DNA from: Octopus sinensis
Taxonomy: Eukaryota
Length of the DNA: 64,000 nt
Direction of reading: 5' to 3'
Assembly: GCF_006345805.1 (NCBI RefSeq)
Contig: NC_043026.1
Coordinates: 9,052,001-9,116,000 of the forward strand
Position 1 is the first letter of the stretch. Every line of letters starts with the position of its first letter. A program made the translations under genes and the position numbers. Under the pieces are notes generated by a model. The model was not told the origin of the DNA and made no database searches. It worked only from the letters and a program-made list of their open reading frames with translations. Of the stretch, positions 22,891 through 36,024 are shown one piece after another.

Positions 22891-24718
22891 ATATATCGGG
22901 TACTTGTCTATTGTTGTGGTCCCGGTTTCGCACACGCGAATTCGCGCGCGCGCCAGACGTAGGTACTCTATAGTCGAGATCCTACTAGGTGACTTGCGCA
23001 TGCGCAGTGCAGAATTCGCGCATGCGCGTTAATCCCCCCCCCCAAAGAAAAGGTGTTGGATTTCACTAAAAATATATATGTGTGTGTGTGTATATATATA
23101 TAACATTTTCAATTTTACACAAAAAAATTACATAGTCGCTTTCCTCGCGGATTTACAGATAAATGAATTAATTACTATTTTACAGAATAAAATTAATGAA
23201 TTAATTATATAAATTAAATAATTCTTGAAAATTAATTAATATTAATAATATTTTTGAACAAAGTAAATAATTTATAAAACTTGTTAATAATTTTTTTACA
23301 CAAACGCGAACGTATATAATTTGTGAACCTTTTTTTTTTTTTACAGACGTATATAATTTGGTAAACTTAATGAATTAATTTCTTCTCATCATCATCATCG
23401 TTTAACGTCCGTTCTCCATGCCAGCATGGGTTGGACGGTTCGACCGGGGATCTGGGAAGCCAGAAGGCTGCACCAGACTCCAGTCTTATCTGGCAATGTT
23501 TCTACAGCTGGATGCCCTTCCTAACGCCAACCACTCCGAGAGTGTAGTGGGTGCTTTTTACATGCCACCCGCACAGGTGCCAGGCGAGGCTGGCAACGGC
23601 CACGGTCGGATTGGTGCCAGTCGAGGCGGCTCTGGCATCGGCCACGATTCGGATAGTGCTTTTTACGTACCACCAGTCCAGGGGTCCTGGCATCTGCCAG
23701 GTGCCACACTTGCCCCAACATGTCTTCGCAAGCAAAGGGGTTGGCATGGGTGCCTGTCGTGGGATGAGGTCGATATCAACTTCGCTTGCCTCAACAGGTC
23801 TTTGTGTATAAATGTATAAATTTTTCGCACTAATTCTTTCCGTAGAATTTATCAAAAAACGCGCAAAATTATTCCGTAGAATTTATCAAATTAAAAAACG
23901 CAAATTAATATATTTTTTGAAATTGCAATTATTTAGAATATAAACAAATGAAGTTAAATTTTAAAAAAAATGTCATATACTTATACTCTGTAAGTGCTGT
24001 GTTCACACTTCAATTTACTATTTTCTAGAAATGTTGCTTTTCTAATTGAAACAATTTTTCTCATCTCCATTTAAAGTCCATCATGTCTCTTGAGACATAT
24101 CAAAATGAACAATTTGAATTACGCGGCGCGGTGGTGGTGTGAGGTTCTAATTTTTTTTTCTGATCTCTCTTTGCCCCCTTTGATCTCTCTGCCCCCCTCT
24201 GCTGGCATGGAGAACGACGTTAAACGATGATGATGATAAGAAATTAATTCATTAAGTTTACCAAATTATATACGTCTGTAAAAAAAAAAAAAGGTTCACA
24301 AATTATATACGTTCGCGTTTGTGTAAAAAAAATTATTAACCAAGTTTTATAAATATTTACTTTGTTCAAAAATATTATTAATATTAATTAATTTTCAAGA
24401 ATTATTTAATTTATATAATTAATTCATTAATTTTATTCTGTAAAATAGTAATTAATTCATTTATCTGTAAATCCGCGAGGAAAGCGACTATGTAATTTTT
24501 TTGTGTAAAATTGAAAATGTTATATATACACACACACACATATTTTTAGTGAAATCCAACACCTTTTCTTTTAGGGGGGGTTAACGCGCATGCGCGAATT
24601 CTGCACTGCGCATGCGCAAGTCACCTCGTAGGATCTCGAGTATCGAGTACCTACGTCTGGCGCGCGAATTCGCGTGTGCGAAACCGGGACCACGACAATA
24701 GACAAGTACCCGATATAT
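22891..24718. mobile_element. Fold-back element with ~530-bp inverted arms (22891-23426 / 24200-24718)
   Basis: The arms are reverse complements from gggtacttgtctattg..gtggtcccgg through ccatgccagc. The termini share the GGTAC...GTGGTCCCGG motif of the local MITE family. Confidence 0.85.
23392..23720 (-). mobile_element. GAT-tailed RTE-associated repeat
   Basis: catcatcatcatcgtttaacgtcc...ggatgcccttcctaacgccaacc... Confidence 0.8.
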
Positions 24719-25123
24719 ACTTGTATCGCACGTCCCCGATTCGCAGTGGGACTGAACCCGGTACCATGTGGTTGGTAAGCAAGCTACATCACCACACAGC
24801 CACTCCTACGTCTATTATGTAAGATAAATATAGAGACTCTGGGTTAAAGGACATCGTCCACAGCCAGTTCGAGGGTACAGTAAGTGTACAAATGGCATTT
24901 TAAGTATTCCATGTGCAAAGACATAATGCCCTGCCCCACCCTCATGATGATGGTTTCGTTTGTGATGATGTCCTCCATGATTATAATCAAACTGAGAAGA
25001 CCCACCCACATCAGTGAAACTGAGTTCTAGAAGTGCTGTGTGTCCCACCCACACTTAACAAGAGAGCTTCTCACCCCCACCCCCCATCACCACAACAAAC
25101 CAAACTACTTTAGCACATCCTTT

Positions 25124-25200
25124 GGTACTACTAGCGAACAGCGGTCCTGGTGCGCGCACTCGCGCTAGCTAGTCATGAGTATTCGAACCTACAACGACTT
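25124..25200. mobile_element. Solo TIR of the GGTACTACTAGCGAACAG MITE family
   Basis: ggtactactagcgaacagcggtcctggtgcgcgcactcgcgctagctag matches the 16057-16263 termini. Confidence 0.65.
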
Positions 25201-25332
25201 GCGCGTATGGTTGTATTTCGTTTGGTTTCCTTGTATGCCTCCACTGTCCTAGTTTTGTTCCCAACTTTGACTCTCTATAAATCCAAAATTTTATTTTGGA
25301 ATTTATGAGAGCAACTGTCTACAAAGGGTTAA

Positions 25333-25536
25333 CCCTTTCGTTACCAACCCGGCTGAAACCGGCTCTGGATCTGAGTATAAATGTCATGTTTTCATAAGTT
25401 CTGAATAAAATTATCCACCAAACCTTAGTCACAATTTATGTTCCTGACACTAGTTATTTTTACTAAATTCTTTGTTATATTTAAAGTAATTGAAAGAAAC
25501 ACAGAGCATCTCAAAAGAAATATGGTAACGAAAGGG
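25333..25536. mobile_element. piggyBac-like MITE
   Basis: TTAA|CCCTTTCGTTACC ... GGTAACGAAAGGG|TTAC. Confidence 0.75.
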
Positions 25537-26326
25537 TTACTGAGGAGTAGATGGACAGGCAGCAACTGATGGAGGGTTGTTCTCTGTATTGCCCTCATTT
25601 TCCATTTTTATTTCTCTTGTTTGCATATTTAACTTGTTTGTCTTCGTATTTCATGTTGTTTACACAGTAGGTGATGTCCTGTAGCCATATATGCATCACT
25701 AAGTCTTTCTTTACTAAACCTGAGTGTTATACTAATACATCTGTTTGTTTTGTACACCACCTGTCTTCGTCTTTTGTTTTTTTCATAAACTCTCCCTATA
25801 CATATGTATAATCAAATGTGAATGTGTAGTCAGAGTTCAGGAATATGTTGGTTTCAAACAAGATTTTCTGATGTGAATTTTAATAAATTAAAAAGTTCTT
25901 TTGTTCAGTTAAATGTTTCTATCTAGAGTTTATCTTTATAGAAATGATGAATCTGTATTTTTTTAAGTAGCCGCTATATCTTACACTGTTGTTTCTTTAT
26001 TATTTCAGAATATCAGATGACATTGGCATAACCAAAGATACATTCTCATTATTTATCATCTTTTAAAGACCAGAATGAAAATATTTTACTGAACAGATAT
26101 ATAAGATTGTTTCTATAAATCTGTGGTGGAATTCCTCTGAATTGTGTTATTAGCAAATCTTCTGGACATCACTGGCTGGAGTGTCTACAAGATGAGCCTG
26201 TTTGCAAATTATACTGGGAAAAAATTTACCAAAGAGTTTGGTGACAAGGATAACACTGGACAGCAATACAGCAGTTAAAATATTTGGAAACAAAAGACTA
26301 CTAAAGCAAGAAGTAGAATAAAAATA

Positions 26327-27500
26327 ATGGAAAAGAGTGAGAAAATAAAGGAACTGATTTTTCCTGAAGATAAAGAAAAAGGGACACAAAAATTGTCGCA
26401 TAAGTGTGATGTGTGTAAAAAGTATTTCTCTCAAAAGAGCAGCTTGAATGCGCACAAACGTATTCATAGAGGAGAGAAGCCCCATCACTGTGACATTTGT
26501 GGTAACTCATTCCGTCGAAATTATACCTTGACTGTACACAAACGTAATCATAGAGGAGAGAAGCCTTATCATTGTGACATCTGTGGTAAATCATTCTCTC
26601 GAAATTATAACTTGACTATTCACAAACGTATTCATACAGGGGAGAAGCCTTTTCACTGTGATGTCTGTGGTAAATCATTCTCTCGCAGTGGCATCTTAGT
26701 TTCTCACAAGCGTTTCCATACGGGGGAGAAGCCATTTCGCTGTGACATCTGTGGTAAATCATTCTTTCGGGAAAGTAGCTTGACCACACACAAATATATT
26801 CATACAGGAGAGAAGCCATATCCCTGTGATGTCTGTGGTATACCATTCTCTGGTCGAAGGGCTTCGTATTCTCACATATGTGTTCATACAAAGGAAAAAA
26901 CGATTTCGCTGTGGCATCTGTGATAAATCATTCTTCGAAAAAGGTAACTTGAATACACACAAACGTATTCATACAGGAGAGAGGCCATATCACTGTGATA
27001 TCTGTGGTATGTCATTCTCTGTCCAAAGTATTTTAAAATCTCACAAACGTGTTCATACAGGAGAGAAGCCTTTTCACTGTGATGTCTGTAGTAAATCATT
27101 CTCTCAGAGGAGTGCTTTAACTACCCACGTACGTGTTCATACAGGAGAGAAACCATATTGCTGTGACATTTGTAACAAATCTTTCTCATTCAAAAATAGC
27201 GTGATTAATCACAAACGCATTCATACAGGAGAAACACCATATCACTGTGACTTTTGTGACAAATCATTCTCTCAAAAGGGTGTCTTAACTGGACACAAAC
27301 GTATTCATACAGGAGAGAAGCCCTATCGCTGTGATATCTGTGGCAAATTGTTCTCCAGAACTAGTTCTTTGACTACACACAAACGTATTCATACTGGAGA
27401 GAAGCCATATTCTTGTGATATCTGTGGTAAATCATTCACTCAACGTGGCAACTTAACTTCTCACAAACGTGTTCATCAGGGGAAGAAGCAATCCCACTGA
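26327..27500 (+). CDS. C2H2 zinc-finger gene ZNF-D (13 fingers, ~390 aa) with +1 frameshift in A6 run 26895-26900
   Basis: ORFs 26327-26923 and 26826-27500 join into one array if one A is removed (HTKEKRFRC). Same MEKSEK start and HQGKKQSH end as the paralogs. Confidence 0.85.
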
Positions 27501-27916
27501 TATTTGCGCTAAATCATAATCTGTAAGGGGTGACTGAGCCCTTTACCATGCAGATTATTCTGTCGAATGTGAGGGTTATTTATTCACATAATTTTCAATT
27601 TGTCATGCATTCACCCACAGCTTTCAAGTTTTGATGATTGTAGGGTAGGTATGAGAGGCTGTGTCTAACTTGTTTGAACTAAAATTGGTAGAATGTTTAA
27701 GCCAGATACGGCAAGTTTAAATGCTGAAGGGTTAACACTAGAAGTACCAAGATTTCTTATTACTTACAAGAACCATAGTGATCATTTTTGACTGTCATTG
27801 AAAATCTTATTTAATAGAATTTTTTTAAATATAAACAAATGCAGTGAATAAAGGATTTGAAAATGCATTCTTTTAGCATTCATTTACATGCAAAAAATAT
27901 ATACCTATATATATGT

Positions 27917-28180
27917 GGAGGCGCAATGGCCCGGTGGTATGGGCAGCAGACTCGTGGTTTTGATTCCCAGACCGGGTGTTGTGAGTGTTTATTGAGCGAA
28001 AACACCTAAAAGCTCCATGAGGCTCCGACAGGGTGTGGTGATCCCTGCTGTATTCTTTTACCACTCTTTCTTCTGTTGGCCTGCTCGCTTAGCCAGCGGG
28101 GTGGCATCATTCGAAGGCTAAAACAATGCGGATGCATTGTGACCAGCGATGTGTAACTACATCTGATGGACTGGTCGGAT
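27917..28180 (+). mobile_element. tRNA-derived SINE family 3
   Basis: ggaggcgcaatggcccggtgg A-box-like and gattccc B-box-like motifs. An inverted copy lies at 33620-33910. Confidence 0.75.
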
Positions 28181-29881
28181 TTTTAAACGGCGGTGCATCA
28201 GCATGGCTGCAGCTTTGAGCTGAAACTAGGAAAAAAAAATGAAATGATGCTTTCAATTGCATATTCAATACAGTTGTAGAAATTAAAAAGTAATAAGCAG
28301 AATTGGTGATAAATGACCGCTCGGTACTTCTGGTGTTCACTAAATGTGTATCTATTCATATAGATGTGTGACTATCAATGTGACAATTCATAAGAACAAT
28401 AAGCATTTTGAGATCCTCCTAAATTGGTGATAGTGTTCTGGGCTTTCTCCATGGCATTAACTAAGCTACTCATCAGGGAATTGCTGTAATTGTCAAAGCT
28501 CCTTCTATGACAAAACAGTAAATAAATAAGGGACACTTTCTACAACTGTATATTCACACAGGAATGGAGAAAGAACTGTGTGTGGTAACAACTTCCCACC
28601 TCTATAGTTTGTAAGATAACTTACCTGTGGGATATGCTTTTTAAAAACATGAGCTCCTCCTAAAATGGTAGTGTTGTGGGCTTTCTCCATAAAAATATAT
28701 ATCTATGCACATATACTTGATATGATGTTCATGATAGCACATTTAAAACAGTTGTAGAAATTAAAATGTAATAAGCAGAATTGGTGATAAATGACCGCTT
28801 GGTACTTCTGGTGTTAACTAAATGTGTATCTATTCATATAGATGTGTGACTATCAATGTGACAATTCATAAGAACAATAAGCATTTTGAGCTCCTCCTAA
28901 ATTGGTGATAGTGTTCTGGGTTTTCTCCATTACATTAACCAAGCTACTCATCAGGGAATTGCTGTAATTGTCAAAGCTCCTTCAAGGCCAAAGAAAGAAA
29001 AAGGGACACTCTGTAACTAAATGTATTCACACAGGAGAGGAGGTAGAGCAGTGTGTGATAACAGCCTCCCAACTCTAACCTGTTGGGTAGTTTTCCTTTA
29101 TAAAAGCACTTTCTTCCGGATTATTAATCCCTTTTGCTTGAATCTTGTTATGAAACTGTTAAACCCAATAGGTGTGGCTGTGTGATGAGAAGCTTGTAAG
29201 TGGATTTTGAAGATGGAAACTAAAAGAAGCCCATCATTTATATATATATATATGTGTAGGAAGCCTATTGTCTACCTTGCTATTCAGCTCTAAATTTTTA
29301 GTGTTCAGATTAATTTGTCAAATGTAATGCTTATTTGTTCATGTTATTTTCAACTATTCAGGTGTCACAGGTGTCTCCGAAATATTTACCTGTAATTTTG
29401 TTAATTTTTTTTTTTTTACAAACAGATTTAAAATTTTGTTTGTGGGTGCTAATATAACAGTGGATTATAGTTATGAAACTTCAGCTGATCTTGCTGCTTA
29501 AAATTTGACTTTAATGGGCAGGTTAATTTAATTAACAGGTGTGAAAGCAATAACATGGTTAAACACTAAAATTGAAATTCTTAATACATCTCAACCATTT
29601 GATTTGTTACTAGAATTATCCCAGGTGTCAACTGCCAAAAATTTTGCCACTTTTCAAGATGAGGTACATTAATTTGAATTAATAAAAATACAGGTGTAAT
29701 CGGTACAAGATTTTAATCTTTCTCATTCAAACATTTTCATTGAAAATAAAGTACTATGTACTCTTATACCATTTAATGAATACATTTACATAACAGAATG
29801 CACCTAATAGAAAAAGCTCATTAATAGGTGAATACAGGTGTGTAACACTGAAAATTGATAAGTATTTCTCTCTTTCACATA

Positions 29882-30046
29882 TCTCTATATATAAATAAGC
29901 GGCAAAATGTCTGCGTGTGTGTCCTTTATACAAATCCACAATTTTTCAGTTAGAGGGCTTGCACTTTCTATGGTGATTCAAAACCATCCAAGGGTGGTGG
30001 TGCACATCTTTACATTTCCCCAGTCACCCCACAAAGCCATTAAAAA
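29882..30046 (+). mobile_element. Probable Helitron 5' end fragment
   Basis: A|TCTCTATATATAAAT...TGTCTGCGTGTGTGTCC resembles the 5' terminus at 18790. It is cut off by a SINE2. Confidence 0.45.
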
Positions 30047-30215
30047 CGGGACAAACAAGGACAGACAAACGGATTGAGTTGATTACACCGACCCCAATGC
30101 GTAACTGGTACTTATTTAATCGACCCCCGAAAGGATGAAAGGCAAAATCGACCTTGGCGGAATTGGAACTCAGAATGTAACGGCAGATGAAATACTGCTA
30201 AGCATCTCGCCGCCT
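30047..30215 (-). mobile_element. SINE2 fragment
   Basis: gggacaaacaaggacagac...ggaattggaactcagaatgtaacggcagatgaaatac. Confidence 0.75.
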
Positions 30216-30454
30216 TGTTGCAGTTTAGTCCTAGTTTCCTCATCCTTTATCTATCTACACAAACCTTACTGAAACCAGCTATCACCATATAAACCAGACA
30301 ACCTCCACCATTGAACATGGCCATTTCAACTCATAACTTCATCAAGGAAGGCCCTTAGCTCAAGACTCACTGTTTGACGCATAATTTTGTAGCAAGGCCT
30401 ATCTTCCAGCCGAAAGTTCAAGATATAAATCCTCCCTTCCAATAGGACCCGGTC

Positions 30455-30715
30455 ATCATCATCGTTTAACATCCGTTTTCCGTGCTAGCATGAGTTGGAC
30501 AGTTCAACTGGGGTCTGGGAAGCCAGAGGGCTGCACTAGGCCCAGTCTGATCTGGCGATGTTTCTATGGCTGGATGCCCTTCCTAATGCCAACCACTCCA
30601 TGAGTGTAGTGGGTGCTTTTTATTTGCCAGCGGCACAGGTGCCAGGGGAGGTTGGCAGCAGCCACGATCAGTTGGTGCATTTTACGTGCCGCCAGCACAG
30701 AAGCCAGTCAGGGTC
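30455..30715 (-). mobile_element. GAT-tailed RTE-associated repeat
   Basis: catcatcatcgtttaacatccg...ggatgcccttcctaatgccaacc. Confidence 0.75.
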
Positions 30716-30724
30716 CATAACACA

Positions 30725-30960
30725 TTTTGATAGCCGTGTACCTGTGAGTGTTCCCACCCCTGCCAGTGCACTTATTCCTAGTACAACACCTGAGTAGTGG
30801 AGTTTGCATCTTCCATCAAAATCTACATAATCAGAACCACGGAGCTTTGTCAAGGAAGTCCCCGACAACATCTAACAAGTAGCATCTGGCCTCCTCCATT
30901 AGTTCCTGCTTCTTACCTATAGGGGTCGTGGCATCACAGTTACCAGCTGTCAGGATTTGC
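30725..30960 (-). mobile_element. RTE-type LINE remnant, N-terminal AP-endonuclease region
   Basis: Frameshifted pieces GKKQELMEEARCYLLDVVG and TSLTKLRGSDYVDFDGRCKLHYSGV...AGVGTL resemble the start of an RTE APE domain. Recognised by eye. Confidence 0.6.
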
Positions 30961-31306
30961 TCCCTTTTGGATCCTGTTTGGGGTTCCGAAGTACGTAAAC
31001 TTCGTACATCCATCCCACACCTCCCAGGGTAGGTCGCAGGCCCATAGCCAGTTTTCGCAGCATTGGATGGAGACTGCAGTACACATTATGGACAGGCCTT
31101 GCTACCTAAGGTCTGAACGGACCCTTTGTTAACCCACGCAGAGAACGATGCTGTATGAATGATTGTATTGCCTCCAGCCATACTGCAGGGGCTCTCTGGT
31201 CTTATTCGCACTGGTCACAAACTTTCTCAAACCCGTGAAGACTGGACTTTTTTGAAGTGGGCCTTTACTTACCTCGTCCTAACTACATCGCTGAGTTAAG
31301 AGTCTT

Positions 31307-31923
31307 CGGATCTTTTCCTTTTGAACGGCAGACAATTTCTAGTTAACTAAACACTTTAGAACTTCGTATACTGGTAGAATGTGTCAAAATAAAACATTTT
31401 TTTCTCTTGGCTTTCTTGAGAGAATTGTAATTCGTTTGTTTAATGTAGTTTAATTTTTCGAATTTTAACCAATCCTATGCTCCCTTTTGAGCTAAAATCA
31501 TTTGCTGCATCTAAAACTGAGACAACATCCTGTAACTAACCCTAATTGTTTTTTTCTTAATTGTTAAATTAATTTAATTGTTGCGTGTGTAAAAAAAACT
31601 AAAGCAATGGAATTAAATTAATTTAACAATTACGAAACAAAAATTTAGGGTTAGGGTTAGGGGGAGGTTTAGGGTTAGTTACAGGATGTTGTCTCAGTTT
31701 TAGACACAGCAAATGATTTTAGTTGAATGGAGGTAATCGGTTGGTTAAAATTGCTGAAATGCTCGGATTTTCAGACAAAATATCTTAGAAACTACAGAAT
31801 TTTCTCGATAAAACCAACTGAAAATGATGTTTTATAAGCACATTCTACCAGTATACGAAGTTTGAAAGTGTTTAGTTAACAAGAAATTGTGTTGACATCT
31901 GCCGTTCGAAAGGAAAAGATCCG
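31307..31923. mobile_element. MITE with long TIRs (GGATCTTTTCC..GAACGGCAG)
   Basis: cggatcttttccttttgaacggcag...cttcgtatactggtagaatg is mirrored by cattctaccagtatacgaag...ctgccgttcgaaaggaaaagatccg. Short TTAGGG runs lie inside. Confidence 0.8.
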
Positions 31924-32114
31924 AGACTTGTGAGCTTACAGGATCGCCCATTACTGCATCTCCCTAAGTATGTTACCGCTGTTTAGTCTGGGGTTGCTTA
32001 TTCGCCCGGCAGGAGCCCACTTATCTCGCAACAAACAATCCTATCTCCCGGCTGTATCGCTATCAGCCACTCACAAGTTAAGCTCCTGTAAACATTTCAC
32101 ATAAGACATGTGCT

Positions 32115-32425
32115 GGCTGTGTGGTAAGTAGCTTGCTAACCAGCCACATGGTTCCAGGCTCAGTCCCACTGCGTGGCATCTTGGGCAAATGTCTTCTGCT
32201 ATAGCCCCGGGCCGACCAATGCCTTGTGAGTGGATTTGGTACACGGAAACTGAAAGAAGCCTGTCGTATATATATATGTCTGTGTTTACGTCCCCGTCAC
32301 TTAGCGGTTCGGCAAAAGAGACCGATTGACTAAGTACTGGGCTTGCAAAGAATATGTCCCAGGGTCGATTTGCTCAACTAAAGGCGGTGCTCCAGCATGG
32401 CCGCAGTCAAACGACTGAAGCGAGA
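32115..32425 (+). mobile_element. SINE1
   Basis: Head and 3' half match the other copies. Confidence 0.8.
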
Positions 32426-32544
32426 AGATACCCATTAAATTCACTTCTCTTTCCATTCATTACTTCTGGACAGACATTTCGGGTTCTAGGATTTCTCTTA
32501 ACTCTGACAAATTTATAATACATTTCTTAACCTTTATAAAAACA

Positions 32545-32790
32545 TTTCCGCATGGGTTATGGTCTCACTTGGCTTATCAGGTCTTCTCAAGCCCAGCATA
32601 TCTCCAAGGGTCTCCGTCAGTAATCAGTGCCTCACCACCACCTCATCCCAGGTCTTTCTGGGTCAACCTCTTCCACAGATTCCCTAAACTGCTAGAGTGT
32701 GACACTTTTTCACACGGCTGTCCTCATCCATTCACAACACATGACCATACCAGCGCAGTCGCCTCTCTTGCACATCACATCTGATGCTTC
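32545..32790 (-). mobile_element. RTE LINE ORF2 C-terminal remnant
   Basis: Minus translation SIRCDVQERRLRWYGHVL*MDEDSRVKKC...GRG*PRKTWDEVVRH is the typical RTE C-terminus (RLRWYGHV, GRPRKTW), with stops. Confidence 0.75.
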
Positions 32791-33129
32791 TTGAATCCAG
32801 CTTAATAAAACGTATAAACACAGTGGCCTGTTGTTGTTGTCTCTATATGTCATATAGTTTTTCTCTTGTTTATTTTTTCTTTCTTGTTAATAAGCAGATG
32901 ATGTGTGTTTATGTACCCAAAATTATTATTTCTTGACATAAATCTGTAGACTTCTGAGAGGTGAAAAAGATAATTTTGCAAAGGTGTAGAGAAATATAAA
33001 CAGCTTTTGAAAAGGAATAAAAGAAATAGGGGCTACCACTAAGTACCTTTAGAGGCTTCATTCGTTCTCCTTCTGGAATTTAAGAAGCTTTTGTTTTGTT
33101 TTTCCTTCAGAAGATGTAATATATATTCC

Positions 33130-33396
33130 GTATAGCCTCGCCTGGCCCCCGTGCCGGTGGCATGTAAAAAGCTCCGTCCAATCGTGGCCGTTGCCAGCCT
33201 CGCCTGGCCTCCGTGCCGGTGGCACGTAAAAAGCACCCGCTACACTCGAAGAGTGGTTGACGTTAGGAAGGGTATCCAGCCGTAGAAACATTGCCAGATC
33301 AGACTGGGCCTGGTGCAGCCTTCTGGCTTCCCAGACTCCAGTTGAACCGTCCAACCCATGCTAGCATGGAAAGCTGACCCTAAACGATGATGATGA
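33130..33396 (+). mobile_element. GAT-tailed RTE-associated repeat
   Basis: Core motif plus tail aaacgatgatgatgat. Confidence 0.8.
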
Positions 33397-33619
33397 TACT
33401 GTGAGAGAGAAGTATTCTGAAAGGTCAGTGACAATATCACGGGACAATTATCGTTTGAATTAATGCAGAAATTATTAAAGAACATGTTTCTTCTTAACAT
33501 GATACACTACGTATTTCTTTATTTGTGCCCCACAAGGAAAGACCAAAAATATTTATCAAGAAGCTGCAATTATTATGCACCAACCTAATATATACTCACA
33601 TACATATATATATGTATAA

Positions 33620-33910
33620 CACGTGATCACTTGCCCGACCAGGTTATCAGATGCTGCTACACATCGCTGGTCACAATGCGCTTTGCATTGCTTTAGCCAT
33701 CAAATGATGCCACCCCGCTGGCTAAGCGAGCAGGCCAACAAAAGAAAGGGTGAGAGAAAGTTGTGCCGAAAGAGTACAGCAGGGATCACCACCACCCCTG
33801 CCAGAGCGTCGTGGTGCTTCTAGGTGTTTTCGCTCAATAAGCACTCACAATGCCCGGTCTGGGAATCGAAGCCGCGAGTCCGCTGCCCTAACCACTAGGC
33901 CATTGCGCCT
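33620..33910 (-). mobile_element. SINE3
   Basis: The minus strand begins ggaggcgcaatggcctagtggttagggcagcggactcg...ttcgattccc. Confidence 0.8.
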
Positions 33911-34443
33911 CCACACACATATATATATATATATATCAGCCGAAATTACTAGGATGATCCGGTTCTTGACTGAAGATTGAGGGCTTCGTATGTCCCGTCC
34001 GTGTTTTTTGTATCGTCTTCTAAATGTTTTACGTTCTTGTCCCAGTTTGTATTTTTCTGCATATAATATATTTATATATATATAGTAGAAATATGTTATA
34101 TACACATATATTCATACGCCCTTCCACTCACGTATACATAGATAGTAACATACATGCGTGCGCATATACATACAGTCTAAGTACCAAACTTCTGACATTA
34201 GAATTCTCAGTTCCAGGAAGAAGAAAGTTCATTCGAAGACTACAGATCCCGAGGCGTCACTGGAACTGTAAGAATTCGCCAAAGTTTATCATCTAAATAT
34301 ATATGCGCGTATCTAGACATACAGATCAACACCTGCATATATATACGTGCGTACGAATAGACACACACACACATTCAACTATGTGTGTGTGTGTGTGATA
34401 CGATCACATCGTCAGTTACCAAGTTATTTTTGTGGTTCTCTAT

Positions 34444-34842
34444 TGATCTTTTCGGTTTGACCGGCAGTTTTTTTAAATAATTTCCACGTAACTAAACGCT
34501 TTTAAACTTCGTATACTGGTAGAATGTGTTACATAAAACATCTTTTCCTCTTGGCTTTATTGAGAAAATGCTATAGTTTGTAAGATATTTGTTGTTTTTT
34601 TTCTGCAATTTCAACCAATCACTGACGTCTATTGAGGTAAAAAAAAATATTCTGTGCTGTATGAATATGTCCCTCGTTTAAGAAACAGATTGGGTTTATT
34701 TACATTTCTGAAGAAAAAATGATACCCTCCCACTACCCCTAAAACATTGAAATGCAATAGATCGATTCTAGGGTCATAATTATGGGTGACAATTTCATAC
34801 GACACCGCTAGAAAAAACTGTCATTCAAACTGAAAAGATCCC
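34444..34842. mobile_element. MITE (GATCTTTTC.GTTTGA..GGCAG TIR family)
   Basis: gatcttttcggtttgaccggcagttttt ... aaaaaactgtcattcaaactgaaaagatc. Confidence 0.8.
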
Positions 34843-35115
34843 AATTTTGAATAATTAGATATTTTATATGGACATTCGCAAAATTCTGGTCATTAAATAA
34901 TTTGAAGGTTAGTATGAGAATGGATGTGACAAGAACTTCGAAAGCGCACCGTCATACTTTGTATATGAGATGAAATTCAGAAAATAAACATAGAGAGAAA
35001 CGGATCACATTCTTTTATTTGTTGAATTGGATTAATTTTAGATTTCACAGAATGAAAGTTATAAAATATGAAATTTCATAGCAATTTTATAAGCGAATAC
35101 TGCAATTCGTATATA

Positions 35116-36024
35116 GGCGCAGGAGTGGCTGTGTGGTAAGTAGCTTGCTCACCAACCACATGGTTCCGGATTCAGTCCCACTGCGTGGCACCTTAGGTAA
35201 CCGTCTTCAACTATAGCCTCGGGCCGACCAAAGCCTTGTGAGTGGATTTGGTAGATGGAAACTGAAAGAAGCCCGTCGTATATACATATATATGTAGGCG
35301 CAGGAGTGGCTGTGTGGTAAGTAGCTTGTTTACCAACCACATGGTTCCGGGTTCAGTCCCACTGCATGGCACCTTAGGTAACTGTCTTCAACTATAGCCT
35401 CGGGCCGACCAAAGCCTTGTGAGTGGATTTGGTAGATGGAAACTGAAAGAAGCCCGTCGTATATATATATATATGTAGGCGCAGGAGTGGATGTGTGGTA
35501 AGTAGCTTGTTTACCAACCACATGGTTCTGGGTTCAGTCCCACTGCATGGCACCTTAGGTAACTGTCTTCAACTATAGCCTCGGGCCGACCAAAGCCTTG
35601 TGAGTGGATTTGGTAGATGGAAACTGAAAGAAGCCCGTCGTATATATATATATATATATGTAGGCGCAGGAGTGGCTGTGTGGTAAGTAGCTTGTTTACC
35701 AACCACATGGTTCTGGGTTCAGTCCCACTGCATGGCACCTTAGGTAACTGTCTTCTACTATAGCCTCGGGCCAACCAAAGCCTTGTGAGGAGATTTGGTA
35801 GACGGAAACTGAAAGAAAACCGTCGTATATGTGTGCGTGTGTGTCTATATATCCTCCTAGCATTGAAGGACAACCGATGCTGGTGTGTTTATGACCCAGT
35901 CACTTAGCGATTCGGCAAAAAAGACCGATAGAATAATTACTGGGCTTATAATGAATAAGTCCTGGGGTCGATATGCTCGATTAAAGGCGGTCAGATGACT
36001 GAAACAAGTAAAAGAAAAAGAGAG
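35116..36024 (+). mobile_element. SINE1 with four tandem 5' halves and one 3' half
   Basis: Heads at 35116, 35297, 35478 and 35663, each followed by (TA)n. All share the private variant ggcaccttaggtaac. Confidence 0.88.

Noticed and set aside
24860-25060. 79-aa minus ORF with a His-rich stretch
   Set aside because: No recognisable domain, splice signals or paralog support.
31640-31685. TTAGGG runs as interstitial telomere or fusion site
   Set aside because: Only a few units, located inside a TIR-bounded MITE.
659-36024. tRNA-like A/B boxes
   Set aside because: They are SINE heads followed by family-specific bodies; no complete cloverleaf tRNA gene could be supported.
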